Positions 46,926 through 56,061 of a stretch of DNA of 59,700 nt are shown here, one piece after another; the stretch's first letter is position 1; each line of letters starts with the position of its first letter. The translations under genes and the position numbers were made by a program. The stretch is from an uncultured Methanosarcinales archaeon (GTDB lineage: Archaea > Nanobdellota > Nanobdellia > Woesearchaeales > CAZPJY01). Under the pieces are notes generated by a model. It saw only the letters and a program-made list of their open reading frames with translations. It did no database searches and had not been told where the DNA came from. The stretch is taken from assembly GCA_964587045.1 (NCBI GenBank), contig CAZPJY010000006.1:1-59700 (forward strand), in the 5' to 3' direction.

Positions 46926-47536
46926 AAATGGCCTGGAAAATTTGGAAAAAGGAGGATGTCGGATACATCATCGCGGCTTTGGCTGTGCTCGTGCTCCTCC
47001 CTTTCGACATACCAATCGAGAGGTTCATAATCAGTCTCCAGGTCCCGATAATCTACGGGTTCATGGAATGGATTAGCTATTTCACCTCCATCCTGGTGGT
47101 GCTGCTAATCATGACAAGCCTCTTTTTGTGGGAGGAACGCAAGAGGGCCTGGATACCTCCCCTCTGGATAAGCTTCATATCGTCATTGGCAGTCGGATTC
47201 CTGCTCAAGGTGCTGATCGCCCGCCCCAGGCCTGAAGGGCTGGTCATGCTGCTTCCGCTCACCAACCTCGTGGACTACTCCTTCCCCAGCGGTCACACCA
47301 TCGCCGCGTTTGCGGCCCTGCCCGTCCTCCTCAGGGAATATCCCAGCATGAAATGGTTCTGGATTTCTTTCGCTGTACTGGTCGGGCTGAGCAGGCTGTA
47401 CCTCGGAGTGCATTACCCAAGCGACGTCGTTGCCGGGGCCCTGATCGGATATGTGCTGGGCAGCCTGGCGGTTTTCCTAAAGGTAAGGTATGACTTTCCC
47501 AAGATCATGGACAAGAGGTACAAGGGGAGGGCATGA
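46922..47536 (+). CDS. PAP2 family phosphatase
   Basis: KVLIARPRP, SFPSGH, SRLYLGVHYPSDV. Confidence 0.92.
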   Translation: MKMAWKIWKKEDVGYIIAALAVLVLLPFDIPIERFIISLQVPIIYGFMEWISYFTSILVVLLIMTSLFLWEERKRAWIPPLWISFISSLAVGFLLKVLIARPRPEGLVMLLPLTNLVDYSFPSGHTIAAFAALPVLLREYPSMKWFWISFAVLVGLSRLYLGVHYPSDVVAGALIGYVLGSLAVFLKVRYDFPKIMDKRYKGRA

Positions 47537-48111
47537 TGGAGTTCCGCCGTAAGGTGTTCCACGCTCTATACGGCACTGCTGCGGCTTTCCTCATCCACTA
47601 CAGAATCCTCGGTACCTGGTTCTTCACAGGTCTACTCCTGCTGGGGCTGGCTGTCTCGGCGGCTGCGCATAGGTGGAGGATACCTGTTATCGCTTGGTTC
47701 CTGGACACTTTCGAAAGGGAGGCCGACAGGGCTACTTTCCCCGGCAGGGGCGCGATATATTATACTGCCGGAATCCTGCTCGCGCTCCTCATATTCCCGG
47801 ACGCAATAGCAGCCGGAGCGGTGATGGTTCTCGCTTGGGGAGACTCCTTCGGTCCGCTTTTTGGGATGCGGGTGAAGAGACCGAAGTACCAAAACAGGGC
47901 AGGAAAGAACGTTGAGGGCCTGGCGGCTGGGACCGCAGCAGGAGCCCTCGCTGCGTGGTGGTTTGTGGGCCCCATCGCGGCGCTTATCTCGTCCATAGTG
48001 GCAATGGCATTCGAGTTCGAGGAGATGCGTATTGGGAGGACATTGCTCAACGATAACCTGGTGATCCCGATAATAGCCGGCGGTGTGATGTACCTGGTCC
48101 TGCTGTTCTAA
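47533..48111 (+). CDS. Dolichol/phytol kinase-like CTP-dependent membrane kinase
   Basis: RRKVFH, WGDSFG, KNVEG, NDNL. Confidence 0.8.
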   Translation: MMEFRRKVFHALYGTAAAFLIHYRILGTWFFTGLLLLGLAVSAAAHRWRIPVIAWFLDTFEREADRATFPGRGAIYYTAGILLALLIFPDAIAAGAVMVLAWGDSFGPLFGMRVKRPKYQNRAGKNVEGLAAGTAAGALAAWWFVGPIAALISSIVAMAFEFEEMRIGRTLLNDNLVIPIIAGGVMYLVLLF

Positions 48112-48129
48112 AATAAAAAAAATAAAAAA
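48110..48129 (-). terminator. Oligo-T terminator candidate for the microprotein operon
   Basis: A-rich run on + (T-rich on -) just past the last small ORF. Confidence 0.35.
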
Positions 48130-48158
48130 GGAGGTAAGCTACGATAAGTAGAAAACCG

Positions 48159-48215
48159 TTACTTCTTCTTCTTTGGTTGTTTTGCCTTAGGTTTGGCTGT
48201 TTTCTTCTTCGCCAT
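48159..48215 (-). CDS. 18-aa Lys-rich microprotein MAKKKTAKPKAKQPKKKK
   Basis: Translated by hand; GGAGG upstream of the ATG. Confidence 0.5.
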   Translation of the reverse strand: MAKKKTAKPKAKQPKKKK

Positions 48216-48242
48216 TTTTTTTATTCCTCCATTAAATTAGTG

Positions 48243-48302
48243 TCAGATCTCATCGTCCTCTTCATCGTCCCAGTCCTCATAGTCGTCTTCGGGTTCGAAC
48301 AT
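48243..48302 (-). CDS. 19-aa acidic microprotein MFEPEDDYEDWDDEEDDEI
   Basis: Translated by hand; GAGGTG upstream, overlapping the previous stop. Confidence 0.5.
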   Translation of the reverse strand: MFEPEDDYEDWDDEEDDEI

Positions 48303-48313
48303 GGGTCCACACC

Positions 48314-48424
48314 TCACAAGGGTTTGTTGCAGTAAGGGCAGATGACGGAAAATCCCTGAAGCTTTGCCTTTTTCTTCAGCTTCCTTCCGCAATGCGTACA
48401 GACCAGCTCCTTCTGCCCTTCCAT
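48314..48424 (-). CDS. 36-aa zinc-ribbon microprotein
   Basis: MEGQKELVCTHCGRKLKKKAKLQGFSVICPYCNKPL (CxxC...CxxC). Confidence 0.65.
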   Translation of the reverse strand: MEGQKELVCTHCGRKLKKKAKLQGFSVICPYCNKPL

Positions 48425-48497
48425 GGCTGCAGAAACCGCGCGATTAGTATTTCAATGTATGGTTAATATTAACAAAGGAATAGGGATAACAGGTTGG

Positions 48498-49052
48498 TTA
48501 TTTCTTCTTTTTCAGGAAGAACTCGTCGAGGGGGAACTCCCTCTTGTCCAGTATCTCATACAGCAGGCCCACGAAGCTTTGGGTTATGATCCTGTCAGTC
48601 GAGAACGGGTAGGCCTCCTTGATCTCCACCTCGCGTGAGAACTTGGTCTGGATCTTGATCAGGTAGCGGTCCATCTGCTCGAGGTCTCGGAAGCCCATCA
48701 GCAGGATGTGGCTGACGTTGGATTCGGGCACGCGGTAGGCGTTGATTACGTAGGGTATCCTCTTGATCCTCTCGCTTATGACCTCGTCTGGCATCGCCTC
48801 CCACACTTCTGGAGTGAGCTTGATGACCAGCAAGGCCATGATGTTGATTCCTATCTTCTTGAGGTCGATTATCGGCATGTATCCCTTGATGATGCCTGAT
48901 GCCTCCAGCTTCCTGCGTATCTTGAAGACGGCTTGGGGGGAGAGGCCCATCTTCTTGGCAATTTCCGTATCAGGCATCTTGGCCTGCTGGATGATGCTCT
49001 TGAGGACGGACTGGTCGTTCTTGTTGAGCTTGAGCAGAGAATCTGGTTTCAT
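48498..49052 (-). CDS. Lrp/AsnC family transcriptional regulator
   Basis: TEIAKKMGLSPQAVFKIRRKLEASGIIKGYMPIIDLKKIG. Confidence 0.88.
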   Translation of the reverse strand: MKPDSLLKLNKNDQSVLKSIIQQAKMPDTEIAKKMGLSPQAVFKIRRKLEASGIIKGYMPIIDLKKIGINIMALLVIKLTPEVWEAMPDEVISERIKRIPYVINAYRVPESNVSHILLMGFRDLEQMDRYLIKIQTKFSREVEIKEAYPFSTDRIITQSFVGLLYEILDKREFPLDEFFLKKKK

Positions 49053-49136
49053 TTGTGCTATACCTTGCGCCCTTTGATATTTATTCCTTTCGAAACGGCA
49101 CAAGTTTTTTATAGCCCACTCCTTTCACCCTTTGGG

Positions 49137-50150
49137 ATGAACTCAAGAACATTTTTCCGGAATACCAGCTTCGATTTCCCTGACATCATAGGTCACGACA
49201 GCGTGAAGAGGCAGGTTGCGTCAGCCCTGATGACAGGAAGACACATCATCATAGCAGGCCCGCCCGGTGTGGGCAAGACGACACTCGCAAGAGGCATCGC
49301 CTCGCTGCTCCCCGAGATGGAGCTTGCTGACTGCCCGTACCACTGTCTTCCTAACGATCCACTCTGCCCTGAGTGCAGGACCCATTCTCCCAAGACGAGG
49401 AAGGTGAAGGGCATCGAGCGGTTCATACGCGTCCAGGGAAGCCCGGACCTCACAGCTGAGGACCTGATAGGGGACATCGACCCTGTGAAGGCGCTCAAGT
49501 TCGGGCCGCTATCAATCGAGGCCTTCACGCCCGGCAAGGTGTTCAAGGCCAATCTGGGGCTGCTGTTCTTCGACGAGCTGAACCGCTGCCCTGAGAGGCT
49601 GCAGAACACGTTGCTACAGGCGCTCGAGGAGAGGAAGGTTACCATCGGTAGCTACGACGTCGACATAAGGGCGGACTTCGTTCTCGTGGGGACGATGAAC
49701 CCAAACGACTCAAGCACAGAGAAGCTCTCCGACGTCCTCCTGGACCGTTTCGACATCATCCAGATGGGATACCCAGACTCCCTCGAAAATGAGATGGAGA
49801 TTGTTAGGAAAAAGGGCCAGAATCTTGAGGTGTCCTTCCCCCTTGGGATGGTTGAGCTCGCGGTGTCATTCGTCCGGCATCTTCGGGAGGACGAAAAGCT
49901 CGACAAGCTTCCAAGCGTCAGGGCATCCCTCGGGCTGTTCGAGAGGGCGCAGGCCAACGCTGTGCTTGATGGGAGGAAGGTGGTGGAGAAGCGCGACATA
50001 GAGGCCGCGGTGCAGTCCGTGATCAGCCACAGGATCAGCTTCAAGCCGTCCCACAAGTTCCTCAACGAACCCAAGACTTACCTTTCTGAGCAGTTCAGGG
50101 CGTTCGAGGAGCGGTTCACCCCTTCAGTCGAGAAAGGTGGTGGCCTTTGA
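49137..50150 (+). CDS. MoxR/ChlI-like AAA+ ATPase
   Basis: GPPGVGKT, QGSPDLT, FFDELNR, TMNP, LLDRF. Confidence 0.9.
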   Translation: MNSRTFFRNTSFDFPDIIGHDSVKRQVASALMTGRHIIIAGPPGVGKTTLARGIASLLPEMELADCPYHCLPNDPLCPECRTHSPKTRKVKGIERFIRVQGSPDLTAEDLIGDIDPVKALKFGPLSIEAFTPGKVFKANLGLLFFDELNRCPERLQNTLLQALEERKVTIGSYDVDIRADFVLVGTMNPNDSSTEKLSDVLLDRFDIIQMGYPDSLENEMEIVRKKGQNLEVSFPLGMVELAVSFVRHLREDEKLDKLPSVRASLGLFERAQANAVLDGRKVVEKRDIEAAVQSVISHRISFKPSHKFLNEPKTYLSEQFRAFEERFTPSVEKGGGL

Positions 50151-51348
50151 CAGCCGGCCAGACGAAGCGGAAAGGGGGGTGAAGCCCCGCGCAGAGGTCA
50201 AGGAGCAGATTGAGGAGCTTCAGGGGGCCGTGGGCAAGCAGCAGGACCACGATTCCCTCATGCATTCAGTGTTCGAAAACGACAAGGAGGTCGTCGAGAA
50301 CGGCATGATGCTGGCCGAAGCCTCGAACAGGGGCTTGGGCATGTTCATCCCCGATATGATATTCTCGCAGCTCGTCAAGAACTTCCGCATGGCCAAGACC
50401 CTGTACGGAGACAACGTCATAAGGAACCTGTCAGAGTACGATGTGGACTACGTTGAGAAGAACCTCCCCATCCCTGAGTTTCAGCGTGAGCTCAAGGAGA
50501 GGCTGGAGAAGAAGGTTGATAAGCTCAAGGCCGAAGGTCTGATCAGCGAAGACGGGAGCGTAGCTGAGAAGGGTGTCACTCTCTCAGCGCTGGTGATGTG
50601 CTTTGAGGAGCTCGACCGGCTCATCCCCAAGGGAATCGAAGGCGAGACGGTTTCGAGACGCAACAGCGTGTACGGCGATAAGTATGAACTCTCGAAATTC
50701 TCAAGCGGCTCAAGGTACAGGGACATATCAGTCAAGCAGTCTGTCAAGGTGGCCTTGAGACGGGGGCATTCGCGCCTGACGCAAGACGACCTGCGTGTGC
50801 ACAGCCGCATCCAGCACGGCAGCGTGTACCTGGTCTACGCAGTCGACGCGAGCGGGTCGATGAGGGGGGAGAAGATTGGCAGGGCCAAGAAGGCCGGGAT
50901 AGCACTCGCCTACAAGGCGATCGAGTCCAAGGACAAGGTGGGGCTGCTGGTATTTGGGTCTGAGGTCACAGAGGCCATACCTCCGACCGATGATTTCATG
51001 CAGCTTGCCAGGAGCATCGCCCGCGCCAAGGCAAGCAGGCAGACCAACCTGGCCGCGACGATAACAAAGGCGGTGGAAATATTCCCTGAAGGAAACCATT
51101 CAAAGCACCTCATCCTGATAACCGACGCGCTGCCGACGACAGGGGCCAAGCCTGAGGACGAGACCATGTCGGCTGTGGCGAACGCAAGATCTGCTGGGAT
51201 CACCATCTCGGTTGTGGGTATCAGCCTCGACGCAAAAGGTGTGAGCTTAGCAGAGAGGATGGCGACCTTGGGAGAAGGGAGGTTCTACGTCGCGAGGGAG
51301 GACGAGGAGCTCGACACAGTTGTGCTCGAGGATTACTACTCGCTCTAG
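50137..51348 (+). CDS. VWA domain protein (partner of the AAA ATPase)
   Basis: DASGSM MIDAS motif, TNL, ILITDA. Confidence 0.88.
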   Translation: MVAFDSRPDEAERGVKPRAEVKEQIEELQGAVGKQQDHDSLMHSVFENDKEVVENGMMLAEASNRGLGMFIPDMIFSQLVKNFRMAKTLYGDNVIRNLSEYDVDYVEKNLPIPEFQRELKERLEKKVDKLKAEGLISEDGSVAEKGVTLSALVMCFEELDRLIPKGIEGETVSRRNSVYGDKYELSKFSSGSRYRDISVKQSVKVALRRGHSRLTQDDLRVHSRIQHGSVYLVYAVDASGSMRGEKIGRAKKAGIALAYKAIESKDKVGLLVFGSEVTEAIPPTDDFMQLARSIARAKASRQTNLAATITKAVEIFPEGNHSKHLILITDALPTTGAKPEDETMSAVANARSAGITISVVGISLDAKGVSLAERMATLGEGRFYVAREDEELDTVVLEDYYSL

Positions 51349-51941
51349 CCGAAGACCAGCATCCTGTGGTCCCGCCTGAGCCTGGTCTTCACCGCATCGA
51401 ACGCTTCTTGCATCCTGTCCCAGCGCAGGAGCTTCTTTCCGCTTGCAGGGTCGTAGAGAAGGAACTTCTCGTCGCTGTAGTCAAACACAGGAAGGTAGTT
51501 GGACACGGCCCGCTTGTTCCTGAGCAGCCCCGCGTTCAGCCTCAGGAGGAGCAGCTTCCCGTTCTGGAGCAGCTTCTTTACCTCTTTGAGGTCGAAATCC
51601 CTCGCCTCTATCTTGATGCCCTGTGCCTGCGCTTTTTTCAGCATCAGCCCAGAGCCGAAAGTGGCCTCCTCGACGTCCACGAGCTTGTAGCTCCTGAACC
51701 TGTACATGGGGAACTTGTAATTGGGATCGCCCACCACGATCTTGACAGGGATGCCGAAGGAATGTGCTATGAGGGCGAGGCCGTATATCGAGCTGCCCCT
51801 GGTGGGGAGTGCGACGCTCCGCTGCCAGAACTCGTACTCGTGCTCCTTTGAGAGGGCGAAATCGGGCTTGAAGCGTTTGACTATCATCATCAGCGCAGCA
51901 GACGCGCTTGTAAACTCTGTGGTCTGCTTGTAATACCTCAT
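51345..51941 (-). CDS. Peptidase C39-like (DUF3335-like) protein with the catalytic Cys replaced
   Basis: YYKQTTEFTSASAALMM, YGLAL, LYDP. Confidence 0.6.
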   Translation of the reverse strand: MRYYKQTTEFTSASAALMMIVKRFKPDFALSKEHEYEFWQRSVALPTRGSSIYGLALIAHSFGIPVKIVVGDPNYKFPMYRFRSYKLVDVEEATFGSGLMLKKAQAQGIKIEARDFDLKEVKKLLQNGKLLLLRLNAGLLRNKRAVSNYLPVFDYSDEKFLLYDPASGKKLLRWDRMQEAFDAVKTRLRRDHRMLVFG

Positions 51942-52018
51942 AAATTAACCTTTGTAGCCCTCTGATATAAATAGCTTGCCACAAAATATATAATCTGGTG
52001 TGGGTTTTCTGAGTCATC

Positions 52019-52615
52019 ATGAAAATACTCGCGTTTGTGGACCTCCACGGTGATTTGAAGACCCTGAAGAAGGTAATCAGGAAGGCCTCAAAGGAGAAGG
52101 TCGACTACATCCTGTGCGCCGGCGACATCACGGTTTTCTCCCACGAGCTCGAGTTCCTGCTCTCAGAGATGAACACTTCGCCCTGCCCAGTCCTGATGAT
52201 ACACGGCAACCACGAGGAGGCTGGTGAGATGGAGTCGGCCTGCTCACTGTTCAAGAACATAACCTTCATGCATGACAAGACGCTACGCGATGGCGACGTC
52301 GTATTCGTCTGCCACGGGGGCGGAGGCTTCTCGATGAAGGACCTGCAGTTCGAGCGGGCCATGCCCGAGCTTAGGAAGAAGATAAAGAAAGGCGATAAGG
52401 TGGTTCTGATGACGCACGCGCCGCCTGCGAACACCGAGCTCGACTTCATCTACGAGGACCATGTGGGGAGCAGGCCCATCAAGAAGTTCATCACCGAGGT
52501 CAAGCCAGTGCTTGCAATATCCGGCCACCTGCACGAGAACGAGGGAGTGGTCCAGAGGAGCGGGAAGATCTTGATGGCAAACCCAGGCCCTGAAGGGATG
52601 GTATTCGAGGTGTGA
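52019..52615 (+). CDS. Metallophosphoesterase
   Basis: DLHG, AGD, GNHE, THAPP, GHLHE, NPG. Confidence 0.9.
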   Translation: MKILAFVDLHGDLKTLKKVIRKASKEKVDYILCAGDITVFSHELEFLLSEMNTSPCPVLMIHGNHEEAGEMESACSLFKNITFMHDKTLRDGDVVFVCHGGGGFSMKDLQFERAMPELRKKIKKGDKVVLMTHAPPANTELDFIYEDHVGSRPIKKFITEVKPVLAISGHLHENEGVVQRSGKILMANPGPEGMVFEV

Positions 52616-52617
52616 CA

Positions 52618-52863
52618 ATGGAAGAGAACATTGAACTGTACAGGAGCGACGGCGACCGCCTGAACCCAAACGGCCCCTGGACGCCTTCCGAGGCAGAGGC
52701 CCGCAGTTTCGGTGACGAGTTCGGTCACAAGTTCCTGTACAAGATTTCAGTACCCAGGAAGTACTACGAGGATCATTTCGTGCCCAGCGGGTACGGCATG
52801 AAACCCGATGTTGACCTTGAGCTCGCCCTCTCAGACGAGGACGTCGAGAGGGAACCGATCTAG
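52618..52863 (+). CDS. Hypothetical protein
   Basis: 81-aa ORF following the previous gene. Confidence 0.5.
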   Translation: MEENIELYRSDGDRLNPNGPWTPSEAEARSFGDEFGHKFLYKISVPRKYYEDHFVPSGYGMKPDVDLELALSDEDVEREPI

Positions 52864-53804
52864 AACCTCATTATCCTGTCCGGCGTGTCCTCTTTCATCA
52901 GCAGAGCCACCCTGCTGTTCTCCTTTTCGTCGATGATTCTGTATCCGCAGCTTTCAGCAATCTTCTCTGAGAACTCGACAACTTCGCGGTGGGTGGGCAT
53001 GTTCTTGATGGACAGCCTCTGCCTGGAGCTTCCGACGAACATGTAAGCCTTGACCTCGACGAAGGTGGCGTCAGCGCGCTTGATGAGTTTTGCGTACTCT
53101 TCCGGGCTTTCCATGTTCATCCCTTTTATCACGGTGATCCTGATGGCGGTCCTGGTCTTGTCCTTGAGCGCCTTCAGAGCGTCGAGGGACCTCATCAGCC
53201 TGTCCCAACCGTCCTTGAAGGCCGGTCGGTCTATCTGCCTGAACAGCTGCTCGTTGGGCGCGTCGACCGAGATGTAAAGCTGAGTTGGGGGCTCCAACGA
53301 CGAGAGTACTTCTGGCAGCTGGCCGTTCGAGACCACGAAGGTCGAGAAGCCCCTCGAGTGAAGCTTGCGTATCAGCTCGCTGAGTTTTGGGTAGATGAGG
53401 GCTTCGCCTGTAAGGGATATGGCGAAGTGCTTTGGGTTCTGGGACTCATCGAACTTCTGCTTGCTCACCTTGTCGTTGCCCCCGAAGCCGGTGAGGAGCT
53501 TTCTCTGCGCCTTAATCGCGTTGTCGATAATCTTGTCGGGCTCGTCCAGCTCTCTTTGGCCCATCTCAACTCCGACGGTGTGCTCCATATCCCGCCAGCA
53601 GAACACGCACCTGTTCTGGCAGTATCCAACGCTCACTGACATCTGGCAGCACAGATGGCACCTGATGCCGTAAAACCTCTCCTTGTAGCAGACGTCCTCG
53701 TCCCTCAGCGATTTCTTGGTCCAGGTGCATATCTTTACCGCCGAATGCTCCCCTGCCATTCCGTACTGCTGCTTTTCGAGGGCTTGCCGGGCCTTTTCGT
53801 CCAT
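52860..53804 (-). CDS. taw1: 4-demethylwyosine synthase TYW1/Taw1 (radical SAM)
   Basis: HSAVKICTW, CYKERFYGI, CQNRCVFCWR, HFAISLTGE, EVKAYMFVG. Confidence 0.93.
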   Translation of the reverse strand: MDEKARQALEKQQYGMAGEHSAVKICTWTKKSLRDEDVCYKERFYGIRCHLCCQMSVSVGYCQNRCVFCWRDMEHTVGVEMGQRELDEPDKIIDNAIKAQRKLLTGFGGNDKVSKQKFDESQNPKHFAISLTGEALIYPKLSELIRKLHSRGFSTFVVSNGQLPEVLSSLEPPTQLYISVDAPNEQLFRQIDRPAFKDGWDRLMRSLDALKALKDKTRTAIRITVIKGMNMESPEEYAKLIKRADATFVEVKAYMFVGSSRQRLSIKNMPTHREVVEFSEKIAESCGYRIIDEKENSRVALLMKEDTPDRIMRF

Positions 53805-53875
53805 TCCCCCCTGGGAACACATGATGCAATTTAAATCCTTCGCGGAAAAGTTTAAATAAGCCGAGCCTAGGCATA

Positions 53876-54169
53876 ATGATGATGGATGAGAAAGTCATCA
53901 GGAAGGGCATCAGCTACGGGGAGCGCAGGATTGAGATAACAGTATACACCAACTTTCTCAAGTACATCGGCGCCATATGCATCCTGATATCCACCTTCTC
54001 GTTCTTCTACTCGGGCGAAGAGTATTTCGTGACAATCATAACCCTAATTGTCATTGGATTGATAATGGTGGCTGCTGGCATCGGCTGGGAGCTCTATGAC
54101 AAGTATGTATTCAAGAAGTTGAAGCGGGAGATGGATGGCGAGGAGAAGGAAAATGGAGATTACATTTGA
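53876..54169 (+). CDS. Two-TM membrane protein
   Basis: Two hydrophobic helices; TTTAAATA upstream. Confidence 0.65.
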   Translation: MMMDEKVIRKGISYGERRIEITVYTNFLKYIGAICILISTFSFFYSGEEYFVTIITLIVIGLIMVAAGIGWELYDKYVFKKLKREMDGEEKENGDYI

Positions 54170-54659
54170 GGCCCTGGACCATGCGTACGCAAGGATCAGC
54201 AAGAACAAGAAGGTATCATCATGGATGAAATCCAATGAGGGCAGCTTCCTGGCCAACGCTTTCAACACAGCTGAGGGCTCGCAGTTCGGGCCATGGCAGT
54301 TCGGATTCTTCCACCCATCGACCAAGATGATGGTGGCCATAAACGCTACCATGCAGCCTTCCATATCTGAGCCTTCGGAGATACTGGAATCAGGCAATCC
54401 GATAAGGGAGCTTGACCTAAGCAAGGTCCGAATCAAGCTGGATGATGCTCTCGAGAAGGCTTGGGAGGCTGGCAAGAAGCACCCGAAGGAATCATTCATC
54501 CGGAAGCTGGTGATCCTCCAGCATTCTGATAAGCAGCACTGGAACATAACACTCGTTTCCCAGTCCCTGAACACCCTGACTGTAAAGGTTGATAGCCAGT
54601 CCGGTGCTGTACTCGACGAGCAGTTCGGTTCTCTGATAAGTCAGGCATTCGGAAAATGA
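54153..54659 (+). CDS. Hypothetical protein
   Basis: 168-aa ORF overlapping the previous stop; PepSY-like ending VKVDSQSGAV. Confidence 0.6.
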   Translation: MEITFEALDHAYARISKNKKVSSWMKSNEGSFLANAFNTAEGSQFGPWQFGFFHPSTKMMVAINATMQPSISEPSEILESGNPIRELDLSKVRIKLDDALEKAWEAGKKHPKESFIRKLVILQHSDKQHWNITLVSQSLNTLTVKVDSQSGAVLDEQFGSLISQAFGK

Positions 54660-54926
54660 TATTGCAGAATATACTTGAAAAACTATAAGTTTCATAACCT
54701 ACATTTCCTGTGGAAACCTGTCTGATCTGTTAATACAGTGGGTGGGCTTCCACTCGAGGTGGGCGAGCTTCTTCTGGAGGGTGACCCCAATACATCATTT
54801 TCTCCTTTTATCACTGGAAAGAAGGCCTCTTTCGTCGATATTCCATATGAAATATAGTGAATTTGAAAATATATTTCTCAGTTTGATAGTATTTATATAC
54901 AAGCTTCACCATTCCTTATACTGAAA

Positions 54927-55100
54927 CCCAGACCGAAAGAGGAGGATGATCTCATCCTCCGGAAAGTTGTCGCGAAACACAACCTTTATTTCCAATGGAG
55001 GCCTGGGAAGTGACAACAAGCGAGTACTGTGTTGGTGGGTCACTCGAGGCACACCCCCTGCAGATGTGCGTTCTGCCATCAGCACACAGCGATTACAGTA
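54927..55100 (+). ncRNA. Candidate structured RNA or 5' leader
   Basis: Two multibranch stem systems just downstream of a TATA (TTTATATA at 54892). Confidence 0.4.
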
Positions 55101-55118
55101 ACAATTTTGGAGGCAAAA

Positions 55119-55217
55119 ATGACCGGCAACAACATAAGTTACGACACAGTGAAGAAGAACAAGACACTTTTTGAGAGCCTACAGCCGAAAGACAAGGATC
55201 ATTCTGAGAACAACTAG
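55119..55217 (+). CDS. 32-aa small ORF
   Basis: GGAGG at 55109, then ATG; MTGNNISYDTVKKNKTLFESLQPKDKDHSENN. Confidence 0.35.
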   Translation: MTGNNISYDTVKKNKTLFESLQPKDKDHSENN

Positions 55218-55299
55218 CACCACAACGTTTATTAAATACCTCGGTTTCCTCACGTTATGCAATTCAGTTCTAAGAACATAAGTGGATGGGGGGCCGCGA

Positions 55300-56061
55300 A
55301 TGCAAGCTTATATCAGTGGAATGGTACCTACATCTGGGATCGACTCCCCGAGCAGGACCTTTATGACCATCTATTTTTCGGGATGTGACTTCAACTGCCC
55401 AACTTGCTCAACCCCTGACCTAATCGAACCGAAATCCGAGTTCCTGATTGACCTTTCCGAGATAAGGAGGGAGATAACCACCCTGGCCCCCGAAATCCAG
55501 GGCGTCTTTTTCAGCGGAGGAGAACCGCTCCTGCAGAGGCAGGCCCTGCTCACGCTAGCAAGGCACGCCAAGACCAAGGGCCTACTGGTAGCGGTTGACA
55601 CCAACGGCTCGAAGCCAGAATCCCTCCGTTCACTCCTGTCCGAGGACCTGCTCGACATAGTCTACATGGACGTCAAGAGCCCCCACACTGTGAAATTCAA
55701 CGAGGTCACCCGAAGCAGGACCTTCTTCAAGAGTGAACGTGACATCATGAAAGGGGTGAGAGACAGCCTGGTGCTGCTGAAAAAGCATGAGGACAGGCTG
55801 GAAATTGTCCTTCAGACCCTGATAGTGCCCGGACTGATCTACAAGAAAAGCGACCTCACGAAGATAGCGAAGATGATAAAGACGCTGGACGCAAGGTGGG
55901 AGCTCGTCGCCTACGACCCGCAGGGCACCAAGTCCAAGAGGTATTCTTCGGTTGAGCCTCCAACAGTCAAGTTCCTAAACAACCTCAGGGAGGACATACT
56001 AAAGGAGCACGCAACCCTGAGGATTGAAGTCAAAGCAGCCGGTCAAGACCAGATATTTTGA
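55300..56061 (+). CDS. Second NrdG/PFL-AE-like radical SAM activase
   Basis: GCDFNCPTC, FSGGEPL, VDTNGS, MDVKSP. Confidence 0.8.
   Translation: MQAYISGMVPTSGIDSPSRTFMTIYFSGCDFNCPTCSTPDLIEPKSEFLIDLSEIRREITTLAPEIQGVFFSGGEPLLQRQALLTLARHAKTKGLLVAVDTNGSKPESLRSLLSEDLLDIVYMDVKSPHTVKFNEVTRSRTFFKSERDIMKGVRDSLVLLKKHEDRLEIVLQTLIVPGLIYKKSDLTKIAKMIKTLDARWELVAYDPQGTKSKRYSSVEPPTVKFLNNLREDILKEHATLRIEVKAAGQDQIF

Noticed and set aside
49137..51348. Magnesium chelatase ChlI/ChlD
   Set aside because: No H subunit or tetrapyrrole genes; generic AAA-VWA pairs are common in archaea
51979..52003. NrdR-like site CCACAAAATATATAATCTGGTGTGG
   Set aside because: Wrong length, single copy; better explained as divergent TATA boxes
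54740..54790. RNase P RNA-like GAAGAAGCTCGCCCACC on the minus strand
   Set aside because: Only a short resemblance; the other conserved regions are absent
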